In this document: positions 1-9,700 of the stretch, in pieces
Layout of the letters: each line of letters opens with the position of its first letter
How positions within the stretch are numbered: the stretch's first letter is position 1
Virus record (IMG/VR): IMGVR_UViG_3300031977_002889
From: a virus
Strand: one strand, 5' to 3'
Length of the DNA: 64,000 bases
Made by a program: the position numbers and the translations under genes
Notes under the pieces: model-generated
Database searches by the model: none
Told to the model about the DNA's origin: nothing
The model's input: the letters and a program-made list of their open reading frames with translations, nothing else

Positions 1-2020
1 TTTGATCCACTGGATTTACTTTAAAGTCATTAAGCGGATTTACATCATTATAAAAACACATTATTTCTTTTACAGCTTTTATTTTTTCAGGAGATACTTT
101 TTCTATTAATTCATAAAATAATGGATTATCTGCTCCGCTTTTCATATATCCATGACCAGACTCTCCAGGTTTTTGAAAGACTATATTCTTTAATTCTTTA
201 TAATGTTTTCCTAAAACCGTTCTCAGATGTGTATAAGGAATTTTCCAATTAAATAAATGCCTTCGATATGATTTTTCTTCTTTTACTTTTTGTGGATAAT
301 CTTGAGCAATTAATGGAATATTATCAACCATACTCCACATTGATCCATATGTAAATTCGATTCCTTCATGATATAATTGATTATAATATTTAAAAATAGT
401 AGGATTATGTACTAAAAAATCATCTCCATCTAAAAGCATGACAATATCATCATCTTTAATTTGATCTTTTACTGAAAGCTGATTAAATACACATCCTTCT
501 CTTTCATTATTTCGAGTAATTTTTCTTTTTATATTTTCAGGAGTACCAACTATATTTGTAGAATTATCATCAATGAGAAGATGCACATAATTATCATAAT
601 CTTGTTGATCAATAGATAAACAATGATCGTAGATATAATCATCAGCATTTCTAAATGGTGAGACTACTACAATTCTTTTTTCAGAATAAGTTGTTCTATA
701 TTCTGTTCTTTCAACACCATTTTCAAATCTTCTTCCATAGATTCTTTTCACTTTATCATTTATAACTGAAACTTTTCTATAATCATCTACTGGTAAATAT
801 TTTTTTAATTTTCTATAGAGATGTTGTTTCCATTGTAAAGCGACTGTATCCCATCCATATATGTCATCAATTACATCACAATAATTTTGTTTTTGTTGTA
901 ACAAATAATCATTGTGATATGCTTGTATTGTCATATCAATAAATGATTTAGCTTGTTCTTGTCTATTAATTTTTGGAAACAAGCCATTTGGGCAATTAGC
1001 ATAATTTTGTTTATAGCATGCCAGATCGAGTGCTGTTTCTTCGAGAGCACCAAATCGAGAAGTAATAAGAGGAGTTTTATATAATAAAGATTCTAATGCT
1101 GAAATGCCAAATGTTTCTGGAAATTCAGTTGGATACAACATAAATCCAGCATTAGCTAATATTTTTGCTATTTCTTTTTGAGGTATAACTCCAGTAAAAG
1201 TTACATCTAATTCTTTTGGGTATGTTTCTACATATCTACGATGATCTTTTTCTTGTGCATCAGGCTCAGCGCCTTCTCTAAATCTATAGAATCCACCAAT
1301 AACAGTAAGATGTGCATTAGGTATTTGACGTTTTACTTCTGGCCAAATATCTTGTAATAAAGGATTTAATCCTTTTGTTACTGAAGCATTATAAACAAAA
1401 TGGTTTTTATCTTTTTTACTTAAATCAATTTCATCAATATATTTTACTGCACCATTTCGTGTTTGAAACACTTTATGTTTCATAACTTCAAAATTTCTTT
1501 TTCCACCATGATCACAATTTAAAACATATGTACTATGAAAATCTGATAAAGTAAATAACTCATCAATTATACCTTGATTGAGCATATTTTCAATATGTTC
1601 ATCACCTTCACAAAAAGTATCATGCATCCAAATAATTTTGTATTTAGATTTTTTTATTAAAGGTTGATATTGATTATTAGGAAAAAAAGGATGTACAGAT
1701 CGAGAAGAAATTACAATATCAAAACAATTACACTCTTCGCCACAATCTTCATCTTCATACTGAGAATGATCAATATATTCAGGAATCGAAGAGGTATCAA
1801 TTCCATGTGTTTCATATTTAAGACCATTTAAATAAAATCCAGGTTCAGCTTCAGAATCTATACAATTATTGAATACTGTAACATCAAATCCTACACCAGA
1901 TAGTTGTTCAGCCATTAATATCACAGCAGATTCAGATCCGCCTAAACCGCGTTTTTTTAATGTAGATCCATCATAAGTTAAACCTAAAAGGTCTATAATA
2001 GCAATTTTCAATTTTGTCAT
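1..2020 (-). CDS. Two-domain glycosyltransferase (GT4-like N-terminal plus GT2-like C-terminal); truncated at the window edge
   Basis: Not in the ORF track. Manual translation from ATG 2020: MTKLKIAIIDLLGLTYDGSTLKKRGLGGSESAVI...LYPTEFPETFGISALES (GT4 motifs), then IVVVSPFRNA...HCLSIDQQDYDNY..LIDDNST...VMLLDGDD (GT2 motifs). Confidence 0.85.
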   Translation of the reverse strand, partial: MTKLKIAIIDLLGLTYDGSTLKKRGLGGSESAVILMAEQLSGVGFDVTVFNNCIDSEAEPGFYLNGLKYETHGIDTSSIPEYIDHSQYEDEDCGEECNCFDIVISSRSVHPFFPNNQYQPLIKKSKYKIIWMHDTFCEGDEHIENMLNQGIIDELFTLSDFHSTYVLNCDHGGKRNFEVMKHKVFQTRNGAVKYIDEIDLSKKDKNHFVYNASVTKGLNPLLQDIWPEVKRQIPNAHLTVIGGFYRFREGAEPDAQEKDHRRYVETYPKELDVTFTGVIPQKEIAKILANAGFMLYPTEFPETFGISALESLLYKTPLITSRFGALEETALDLACYKQNYANCPNGLFPKINRQEQAKSFIDMTIQAYHNDYLLQQKQNYCDVIDDIYGWDTVALQWKQHLYRKLKKYLPVDDYRKVSVINDKVKRIYGRRFENGVERTEYRTTYSEKRIVVVSPFRNADDYIYDHCLSIDQQDYDNYVHLLIDDNSTNIVGTPENIKRKITRNNEREGCVFNQLSVKDQIKDDDIVMLLDGDDFLVHNPTIFKYYNQLYHEGIEFTYGSMWSMVDNIPLIAQDYPQKVKEEKSYRRHLFNWKIPYTHLRTVLGKHYKELKNIVFQKPGESGHGYMKSGADNPLFYELIEKVSPEKIKAVKEIMCFYNDVNPLNDFKVNPVDQ

Positions 2021-2038
2021 AACAAATCTATATATAAA

Positions 2039-2194
2039 TTATTTGGGGGCTTCAGGTCTTATATTGCATTCGTTTTCGACGCATTCATCACACATACATT
2101 CATGATTACTTCTACATACTGGGCATATATCAGTATCACCATGACATGGATGATTGCATTCTCTACAAATATGTGTATCTTCTTCGTGTGCCAC
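2039..2194 (-). CDS. 51-aa Cys/His-rich metallothionein-like protein
   Basis: Not in the ORF track. GTG start with AGGAG upstream; MAHEEDTHICRECNHPCHGDTDICPVCRSNHECMCDECVENECNIRPEAPK (9 Cys, 5 His). Fills the gap between two co-oriented genes. Confidence 0.75.
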   Translation of the reverse strand: MAHEEDTHICRECNHPCHGDTDICPVCRSNHECMCDECVENECNIRPEAPK

Positions 2195-2203
2195 TATTTT
2201 CTC

Positions 2204-3160
2204 CTATACATCTTGGGTATTTGTTGAAGGAAAGGCTCTACCACCTCCCCATATAATTCTTACTGCACCGCCTTGACCAATAGAAGTACCACCATTTCCA
2301 AATCTTCCATAACTACCTCCACCATATGTACCACCAGTTACAGTATATGAACCAGATCCACCATTTGTTCCACCAGAGCCTCCGCCTCCGCCTCCGCCCC
2401 AATCTCCATTTGTACTCGCACCAGCAGCACCACTTGCACCTTCGCCGTAAATACCAACTCCACCACCTCCACCTGCTGTAAGGTTGCCATAGCCACCGCC
2501 ACCGCCACCTCCACCAGATCCTGCTGTAGCTGGAGGAGTAGTATAAGAAGCTCCTTGACCACCATCGCCTGAATAGCCTCCAGCTCCACCTCCTCCTGAT
2601 TCTAAACCACTAGCTCCAGTACCTCCTGCACCACCGTTACCTCCACCATCACCAACGTAATTACCACCAGTATTTGATACACTAGTTCCACCACCACCTT
2701 TAACAGTAGCTGCGCTTATAAAATAACTATCACCTGCAGTTGTTCCAGCACTACCCCAACCAGATTGAGTTGTTCCAGCTCCAACGACTACAGTATATGA
2801 CGATCCTGGTGACACAGGAATATTATTTTTCCAACCAAGGCCACCTCCGCCTCCTCCACGAAATCCTGATCCTGCACCAGCTGCACCTCCGCCTACGCAT
2901 ACAACACAAACTGAAGTTACACCAGCTGGAGCTGTCCAACTATATGTTCCAGGAGTTGTATATTCAGCTTGGCCTGCAATAGTGGTTCCATATTTTCCAT
3001 CATCAGCACCTTCATACTCAGCAATATGATCTATATAATGAATACCTTGTGCGTTACGCCTGGACATCTGGTCATATCGAGTAAAAGAAGTCCCAAGTCC
3101 TCCATGATCTAGTGATTTACCAGTTCCTAAATATCTTCCCCATTTTGAGTTTTTACTCAT
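2204..3160 (-). CDS. Glycine-rich virion protein, putative fibre-tip adhesin
   Basis: YTTPGTYSWTAPAGVTSVCVVCVGGG...GGAVRIIW glycine-rich domain with many polyglycine runs; lies in the fibre operon. Confidence 0.7.
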   Translation of the reverse strand: MSKNSKWGRYLGTGKSLDHGGLGTSFTRYDQMSRRNAQGIHYIDHIAEYEGADDGKYGTTIAGQAEYTTPGTYSWTAPAGVTSVCVVCVGGGAAGAGSGFRGGGGGGLGWKNNIPVSPGSSYTVVVGAGTTQSGWGSAGTTAGDSYFISAATVKGGGGTSVSNTGGNYVGDGGGNGGAGGTGASGLESGGGGAGGYSGDGGQGASYTTPPATAGSGGGGGGGGYGNLTAGGGGGVGIYGEGASGAAGASTNGDWGGGGGGGSGGTNGGSGSYTVTGGTYGGGSYGRFGNGGTSIGQGGAVRIIWGGGRAFPSTNTQDV

Positions 3161-3180
3161 ATATTATTTTCTCCTAATAA

Positions 3181-4371
3181 TTAAGCTGCTGGAAAAGCCA
3201 CTAAGCCTTGCCCACCAATTCCAACAGATCCTGGTTTATTAGCAGTAAGTCTATTTGTGTTATAACTATAAGTAGTATTTTTGGTAGCTGAAGGATTTAT
3301 ATAGGATCCACCTCCTCCGCCATTTCCTCCGCATCCGTTTGCATAACCGGCTGACATTCCTCCAGTGTAGCCTCCGCCACCACCGCCATAACCACAATTA
3401 TAACCACCTCCGCCGCCGCCTCCCCAGCCGCCGCGTGTTCCAGTATTATTTTGGTTTAATCCACCTGTTCCACCTTGTTGCCATCCTCCACCAGCAGTAC
3501 CTCCAGTACGAACAGAACTACCTCCTCCATTACTAAAGAAACCTCCACCATGCCATCCAGCAAAACGGTGAAGAACACTACCTCCAGCTTGTGTATAATT
3601 AGATCCAGTATTCAAAGCTACACCTTGTCCAACATTTGTTGCTAAATTCTCTGCATAACTTGCTGCGCCACCTGCACCAGTAACAGCTCCTCCTCCAATA
3701 TGACCTCTTTCTCCATCATTAGCTTTTGCATAGTCTGGAACATCACCGTTGACGCTGTTATAGCCTCGATTATCTCCTCCTCCACCACCACCTACACAAA
3801 TAGGTATTGCACTTGCTGGGCTATCTGTGGTATTTGTAGTATAAGCAATGACTGACATACCACCTCCACCAGCACCTTCGTTGTCTCCTGTTGGTTCACC
3901 AACTTGTCCAGCAGTTAACCAAATTCTCCATCCCGCGTTTAATGTCATTGATCCAGCCATTTGATAGCCTTCACCCCATGAGTTATTACTAGCATAAGTA
4001 CCGGCAGTTAAATCACAACCATCAGCACCTCTAGCCCAAAAGTCATAAATAGCAGTATTTACAAGATCGATGTAATAATAACCATTATATGTTGCATTAA
4101 TACTACCATAATTCAAAATAGTTGTTCCAGAAACATTAGTAATTGTAGTATCATTACTCCAAGTCCCACCTGCACTGCCGGCAATAATTGATACATTTAA
4201 TGCACTAACATCAATCCATCCAGCTCCAGCATTAAAACCTTCTCTATTCGTGGGGGAACCACTAAAACCATCACAAACCCCTTGAAGATCCCAAACCCCA
4301 ACATGGTTTGTAGGATCATAATAAGCCCAAGTTTTTCCTAGTACCCCACCGTTTTGAGACTTTCTTCCCAT
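3181..4371 (-). CDS. Glycine-rich virion protein (ALK/LTK-type Gly-rich domain), putative adhesin
   Basis: ARGADG...AGQVG...GAGGGGMS...GGGGGYTGG...GGGGSY pattern. Confidence 0.65.
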   Translation of the reverse strand: MGRKSQNGGVLGKTWAYYDPTNHVGVWDLQGVCDGFSGSPTNREGFNAGAGWIDVSALNVSIIAGSAGGTWSNDTTITNVSGTTILNYGSINATYNGYYYIDLVNTAIYDFWARGADGCDLTAGTYASNNSWGEGYQMAGSMTLNAGWRIWLTAGQVGEPTGDNEGAGGGGMSVIAYTTNTTDSPASAIPICVGGGGGGDNRGYNSVNGDVPDYAKANDGERGHIGGGAVTGAGGAASYAENLATNVGQGVALNTGSNYTQAGGSVLHRFAGWHGGGFFSNGGGSSVRTGGTAGGGWQQGGTGGLNQNNTGTRGGWGGGGGGGYNCGYGGGGGGYTGGMSAGYANGCGGNGGGGGSYINPSATKNTTYSYNTNRLTANKPGSVGIGGQGLVAFPAA

Positions 4372-4379
4372 TTTAACAC

Positions 4380-4742
4380 CTAGTCGATAATTGCTTCATA
4401 TGAAATTACAATTTCTGCATCACTTGCTGTAGTAGCTGAAGCCCTAATTGAATCACCTTCTTCTAAATATACCGCTTGATCTTTTGATAATACAATTAAG
4501 GTTGTTTTAGCAATTAAATCTATATCATATGCTAAATATCTATTAGTTCCACCATCATTAAATGCTACACGCACAGTTGTATCATTCGTTCCATCAACAT
4601 TAGAAATCATAATTGTATTTACTTTATAAACATAATTAGAACTTGCTGCATTAGTTAAAAACGAATTAAGACTGGTTGTAACGGCACCAGTAACAGTTCT
4701 ACCATATATTTGTGCAACATTCACTATATTCGGTGCTGCCAT
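4380..4742 (-). CDS. Small beta-rich virion/adaptor protein of marine T4-like fibre modules
   Basis: MAAPNIVNV...IMISNVDG...YLEEGDSIRA...ISYE pattern; GGAGG ribosome-binding site. Confidence 0.65.
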   Translation of the reverse strand: MAAPNIVNVAQIYGRTVTGAVTTSLNSFLTNAASSNYVYKVNTIMISNVDGTNDTTVRVAFNDGGTNRYLAYDIDLIAKTTLIVLSKDQAVYLEEGDSIRASATTASDAEIVISYEAIID

Positions 4743-4767
4743 TTTTTCCTCCTAAAATATTATCTAT

Positions 4768-5142
4768 CTATTGTCTCAAAGTTTGATAGCTAAAAACTAC
4801 TTCTGCATTACTGCCTTGTTCCATAATAACTCTAATTTCATCGCCATATTGAAAATAAAGACCAATATTTTCATGAATAACAATTAAAGCTGTTGTCCAT
4901 GGAACCCAGACTTTATACATTATATAGCGTGCAGTTCCCCCATTTGGTCTAAATTGTACACTCATTTCATTATCAGTGCTATTAGCACTTTGATTTGAAA
5001 TAGTTAAATTTTTCAATATCCAAGTTTCATTTCCAGATAAAACATTATGTGTAATTCCAGCGGTACCACCTGTTGATGAAATGGTATTAGTAACCATTTG
5101 TAATCGAACAGTTGAAAGTGATTCTAAGTTTGCTTCTGCCAT
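4768..5142 (-). CDS. Small virion/adaptor protein, paralogue of 4380..4742
   Basis: Similar length and pattern (LTISN...LYFQYGDEIRV...VFSY). Confidence 0.6.
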   Translation of the reverse strand: MAEANLESLSTVRLQMVTNTISSTGGTAGITHNVLSGNETWILKNLTISNQSANSTDNEMSVQFRPNGGTARYIMYKVWVPWTTALIVIHENIGLYFQYGDEIRVIMEQGSNAEVVFSYQTLRQ

Positions 5143-5145
5143 AAT

Positions 5146-6699
5146 TTATCCAAATATCATTGCCATTGCAATTGCAACACCAGTGCCCCCACCTGCTAAA
5201 CCTTGAGATCCAGTATAACCGAGATCACCTTTAGCTCCTTGAGAACCAGTATAACCTTGTGATCCAGTGTAACCAATCGCACCTCGAGATCCTGTAAATC
5301 CTGTAGCTCCTCGAGAACCAGTATAACCAATGACACCTTGAGATCCAGTATAACCGAGATCACCTTTAGCTCCTTGAGAACCAGTATAACCTTGAGAACC
5401 AGTATAACCTTGAGCTCCTCGAGAACCAGTATAACCTTGAGCTCCTTGAGAACCAGTATAACCTTGAGCTCCTCGTGATCCCGTATAACCAATGACACCT
5501 TGAGATCCAGTATAACCTTGAGATCCAGTGTAACCTTGATCTCCACGAGATCCTACAAATCCAGTTGAACCTCGAGATCCAGTATAACCTATACCTTGTG
5601 AACCTGTATAGCCAACGAATTGACCAACGTTAGTCCAAGCAGAACCATCCCAAATATACAAATTAGAATCGGCTTGTACAACATAACCATCACCAGCGGT
5701 ATTACCACTTGCTGGCAAGTTTCCAACTGTTGCAACAGTACCTTGGATATTCAATGAAGTACCATCAGCTCCTCGAGATCCAGTGTAACCAATTACACCT
5801 CGAGATCCTGTAAATCCTGTAGCTCCTCGAGATCCAGTGTAACCAATCACACCTCGAGAACCAGTATAGCCAATTACACCTCGAGATCCAGTATAACCGA
5901 GATCACCTTTAGCTCCTTGAGAACCAGTATAACCTTGTGATCCCGTATAACCGATAACACCCTGTGAACCGGTGTAACCAATCACACCTTGAGATCCAGT
6001 ATAACCTTGAGCTCCACGAGATCCCGTATAACCAATGGCCCCTCGAGAACCAGTATAACCGATAGCACCTTGAGCAGCTGGCACAAAAGTAATTAAAATT
6101 TGATCATTATCACTTAATGTTATAGAACCACCAGCAGAAGATATAGTTGCTGTAACAACACCACTTGCTAAAGAAAATACTGATTCAACCCTAAATACTT
6201 GGGTTGTTCCATCAGAAACATCGGCTGGTCTTATTTGCAAATAACCAATAAAATTATTTACAGCATCACCAAAGTTATCTAGTGTAGTAAAATAATCTGT
6301 GAGATTATTTGCATTTGCATCAGTAACATTAATACCAATTTGAGTAGCAGAACCAATAGCAGCGTTATTAAATCTTATTTCACCTGTAAGTGCTCCACCC
6401 ACAGTAGTGCCAGTATCATAAGCATATAAAATACCTTGAGATTGTGAAGAACCACCGTAACCAACAGATCCAGTAAAACCAACTGATCCAGTAAAACCTT
6501 GAGATCCAACAAAACCAAGGGATCCTCTTGATCCTGTAAATCCAGCACCTTTAGATCCAGTAAAACCTTGCGAACCAGTATATCCTAAATTTGGTTCAAC
6601 AGTCCAAGAAGTAGAATTACTATCATATAGATAGTCAATACCATTTGCTGAATAAGTATCGTTGTGCGATGGATTTATTGGAAAGTTAAGTATAGCCAT
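5146..6699 (-). CDS. Collagen-like (GYTGS/GFTGS repeat) fibre protein
   Basis: Long G-X-Y runs of GYTGSQG/GYTGSRG; hydrophobic C-terminus GVAIAMAMIFG. Confidence 0.8.
   Translation of the reverse strand: MAILNFPINPSHNDTYSANGIDYLYDSNSTSWTVEPNLGYTGSQGFTGSKGAGFTGSRGSLGFVGSQGFTGSVGFTGSVGYGGSSQSQGILYAYDTGTTVGGALTGEIRFNNAAIGSATQIGINVTDANANNLTDYFTTLDNFGDAVNNFIGYLQIRPADVSDGTTQVFRVESVFSLASGVVTATISSAGGSITLSDNDQILITFVPAAQGAIGYTGSRGAIGYTGSRGAQGYTGSQGVIGYTGSQGVIGYTGSQGYTGSQGAKGDLGYTGSRGVIGYTGSRGVIGYTGSRGATGFTGSRGVIGYTGSRGADGTSLNIQGTVATVGNLPASGNTAGDGYVVQADSNLYIWDGSAWTNVGQFVGYTGSQGIGYTGSRGSTGFVGSRGDQGYTGSQGYTGSQGVIGYTGSRGAQGYTGSQGAQGYTGSRGAQGYTGSQGYTGSQGAKGDLGYTGSQGVIGYTGSRGATGFTGSRGAIGYTGSQGYTGSQGAKGDLGYTGSQGLAGGGTGVAIAMAMIFG
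5195..6070 (-). repeat. In-frame 18/27-nt tandem repeats encoding GYTGS(Q/R)G units
   Basis: Recurrent gagatccagtataacc / gagaaccagtataacc, in two arrays split by a ~50-aa non-repeat segment. Confidence 0.9.
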
Positions 6700-6702
6700 A
6701 TC

Positions 6703-9700
6703 TTATGCACTCTTCGCTAAAATGTTTCTTTCGGGGTCAAATTCAACAAATACTCCTGACACAGCTTTATCCCACGTAGCTTCAGAAAATCCTGTAATTA
6801 GGAATGAAGTTCCGTTATTATCTATGCTGTATGAGAAATCAGCAGATCCTGAACCAATTTGATATTTACTCCATCCTGCATAATTACCAAAACCATCGCT
6901 ATCAAAATCAAATATAGCGAGACCCATATCTTTCAATCCATATGTAATTGAATTATCAGCAAATGTTCCAGCAGTATTACAAACAACAGCGATCCTTCCA
7001 TCTGATAAAAGTGTACTTGGTTTTCCGTTTTGATCAATTTCTTCTGAAGTTTCTGAACCGACTTGGAATCCTTGACTCCAACTATCAGTATCGTAATTAA
7101 ATGTAATTACGCCAATATCTTCAGATCCAAACGTTGGTGAACCATTTACAGAACCAAATGATGTATAAACTAATGCCAATGTGTTAGGAATTTTTGGATG
7201 TAAATCATGAACATTCATTGCTTTATCATTAAAACCAGATCCTTGGTTATAATATTCAGCAACCCAAGCATTTGGATCAAAAATACCAAGGAATAAATCA
7301 TAACCACCAAATAATGGAGTATCTGAGTCAGGTGAACCAATATCAGTACCTAATTGTCCAGTTGTTCTACCGCAGAATGCGATATGACCATTTTTAGAAC
7401 CACCAGTACCAGCTGCAGTCTGAATATAGAATGGATGACCTGGAGCTTGAATGTTAAATCTTACAGTATCACCAGTGTCGATTGTAATTGTAGGATTATC
7501 TGCTGTTGAATTAATTGTACCATTTCTATCTGATCCACTAAATCTAAATGCAAGAGATGCATTATTCGTTACAGTGATATTGAATGTTTGTGGTGAAGCA
7601 TGTACATCAGTTACAATAAGTTGACCTTGCATCGCAGTATGAAGTCCACACTGGTAGTAATAAGTACCAGCAGTTGATGGTGTCCATTCTACTGTTCCAT
7701 CTTGACGACCTTGGCCAGCAGCTTCAGGATTAGTGACAAGAAGAGCTGTACCAGTTAATTCGGTAATCGCATAGATCTCTTCATCTTGTGCTGTACCATT
7801 TTGCCAGAACCTAAATTGTTCAGAGGCAATATCCCATTGGAATAATGTATAGTCATAAACACCAGATTGACCATCATTAGTTCTTGCAATATTACCAGAC
7901 ACTTGACCACCAAGATAATAGTATTCTTGATCTCTTGATTTAATTACGTCATAAGCAAATACGTTTCCATCATCGGCAGTAGCATCACCCACTGTAGATA
8001 CTTGGTGTATTTCAAAGAAATCATCTGGAACCCTATGTACAATTTTCCCCGCTTGTGCTTCTGCAATATATTGATCAGTGTTTTTAAATGATTGTAAATC
8101 TCCTTGATCTACAATTCCTAAAAATCCTGTAAATAATCCATTAGCACCATATGATCCGTTATATTCAACGTGAACAGTACCATTAGTATTGTCGAGTAAA
8201 CTAGATCCTAATGAAGCAGTATTTTGTAAAGTAGAAAGCGAAGTATTTGGGAATGTATTACTATCATAAGTAGGTCCACTATATACTGTAGGAGATAAAT
8301 AAATTGAATCATAATAATAAGCATTAGATGTAGAAGCTTCGGTGTGATATACACCAGTTCCAAATCCATCTTTCCACAATCTAAATAAAATACCATCTTC
8401 ACCGACAGAGTGAGATGTAGATGAACCAACTGCTACAAAATTTCTACCATGAGCATCCCATACCATGGATTTATTAATATCATCATTACCCATATGTCCA
8501 AGAGAATTTGCCCATTCAACGCTACCATCTGAATCATTAATAGCAGCAAAGAAAGTATCTCTTCTCATTAAAATATCAGATGTATAATCTGGATGAGCAG
8601 CATTACTATCTAAATCCCATCCTTCTCCACCTACAATAAATCTTACTTGGCCATTATGGAAGAATTGATCTTCATTTTTCCACCAATCTCTTTTATCTGA
8701 ATCTTCAACGACAACTGAAAGGAAACGATTTACATTACCGTATTGAGATTGATATGTTTTTGACCAATATTTTGTAGTATTATGTACAGCAGCACCGCTT
8801 CCTGTAGTTTCGGTATATATTTGCCATTTTTCTGCTAAAGCAAATCCATATCCATTTGTTCCATTAGAATCGCCTGGAGTAAGATTCAAATCTTCTATTT
8901 GACCAACAACAATAATATCATATTTTTGACTATCGCTATAATATTTTAAAACATCAATATCATTAAATACATTTTCTTCATTATTATAGTTTGTAAGTGT
9001 ATTATCTGAAATAGCAGCTGCAGTTGCATCTTCATTAACTAAATTTGTATTCCAATGAATAAGATCTGAAGTAAATACATTTCCATAACCCCACATCGGA
9101 GCTCTGTAATTACCACGCGTTTCAGATCCAACGAAGAAGAAATCACCAGTATCTTCTTTTCCTGGTTTTATTCGTTTAATATGTAAAGATGTATCATATG
9201 TTCCGCTATTTGCAATAGCTTCTGTTGATTTTGAAACAGTAACATTTCCATTTGGATCCATTAAGAAAATTAATCCAGAAGTTAAAGTATCTGAATCTCC
9301 AGTAAATGAATTATTTTCGATAAATCCTACTACATATTCTTGACCTTGTCGAGTTACAATACAATGATCGGTTATTTTATGAACATTTGTTCCTTGAAAT
9401 AATCCTTTTGTAAATTCTACAGTATGAGTTGCTAGATTTATTTTGTTAATAAATCCACTTCTTTTACCTGTTTGATTTTTTGTCCAACCAGATGTATAAG
9501 CATAGCCATTTCTAATATCAATTGAATTTATATTGGTAGAATCTGGTCCTACTGAATAATAATAATTTTCTTTATAATTATAATTTTTATCCCAAGCCTG
9601 TAAAATAGCTCTACCATTAATAGTATCATTACCTACAGTATAAAAATTACCAGAAATACTATCTCTTTGAACATCATATAAGTACATATCAGCAGAGTCA

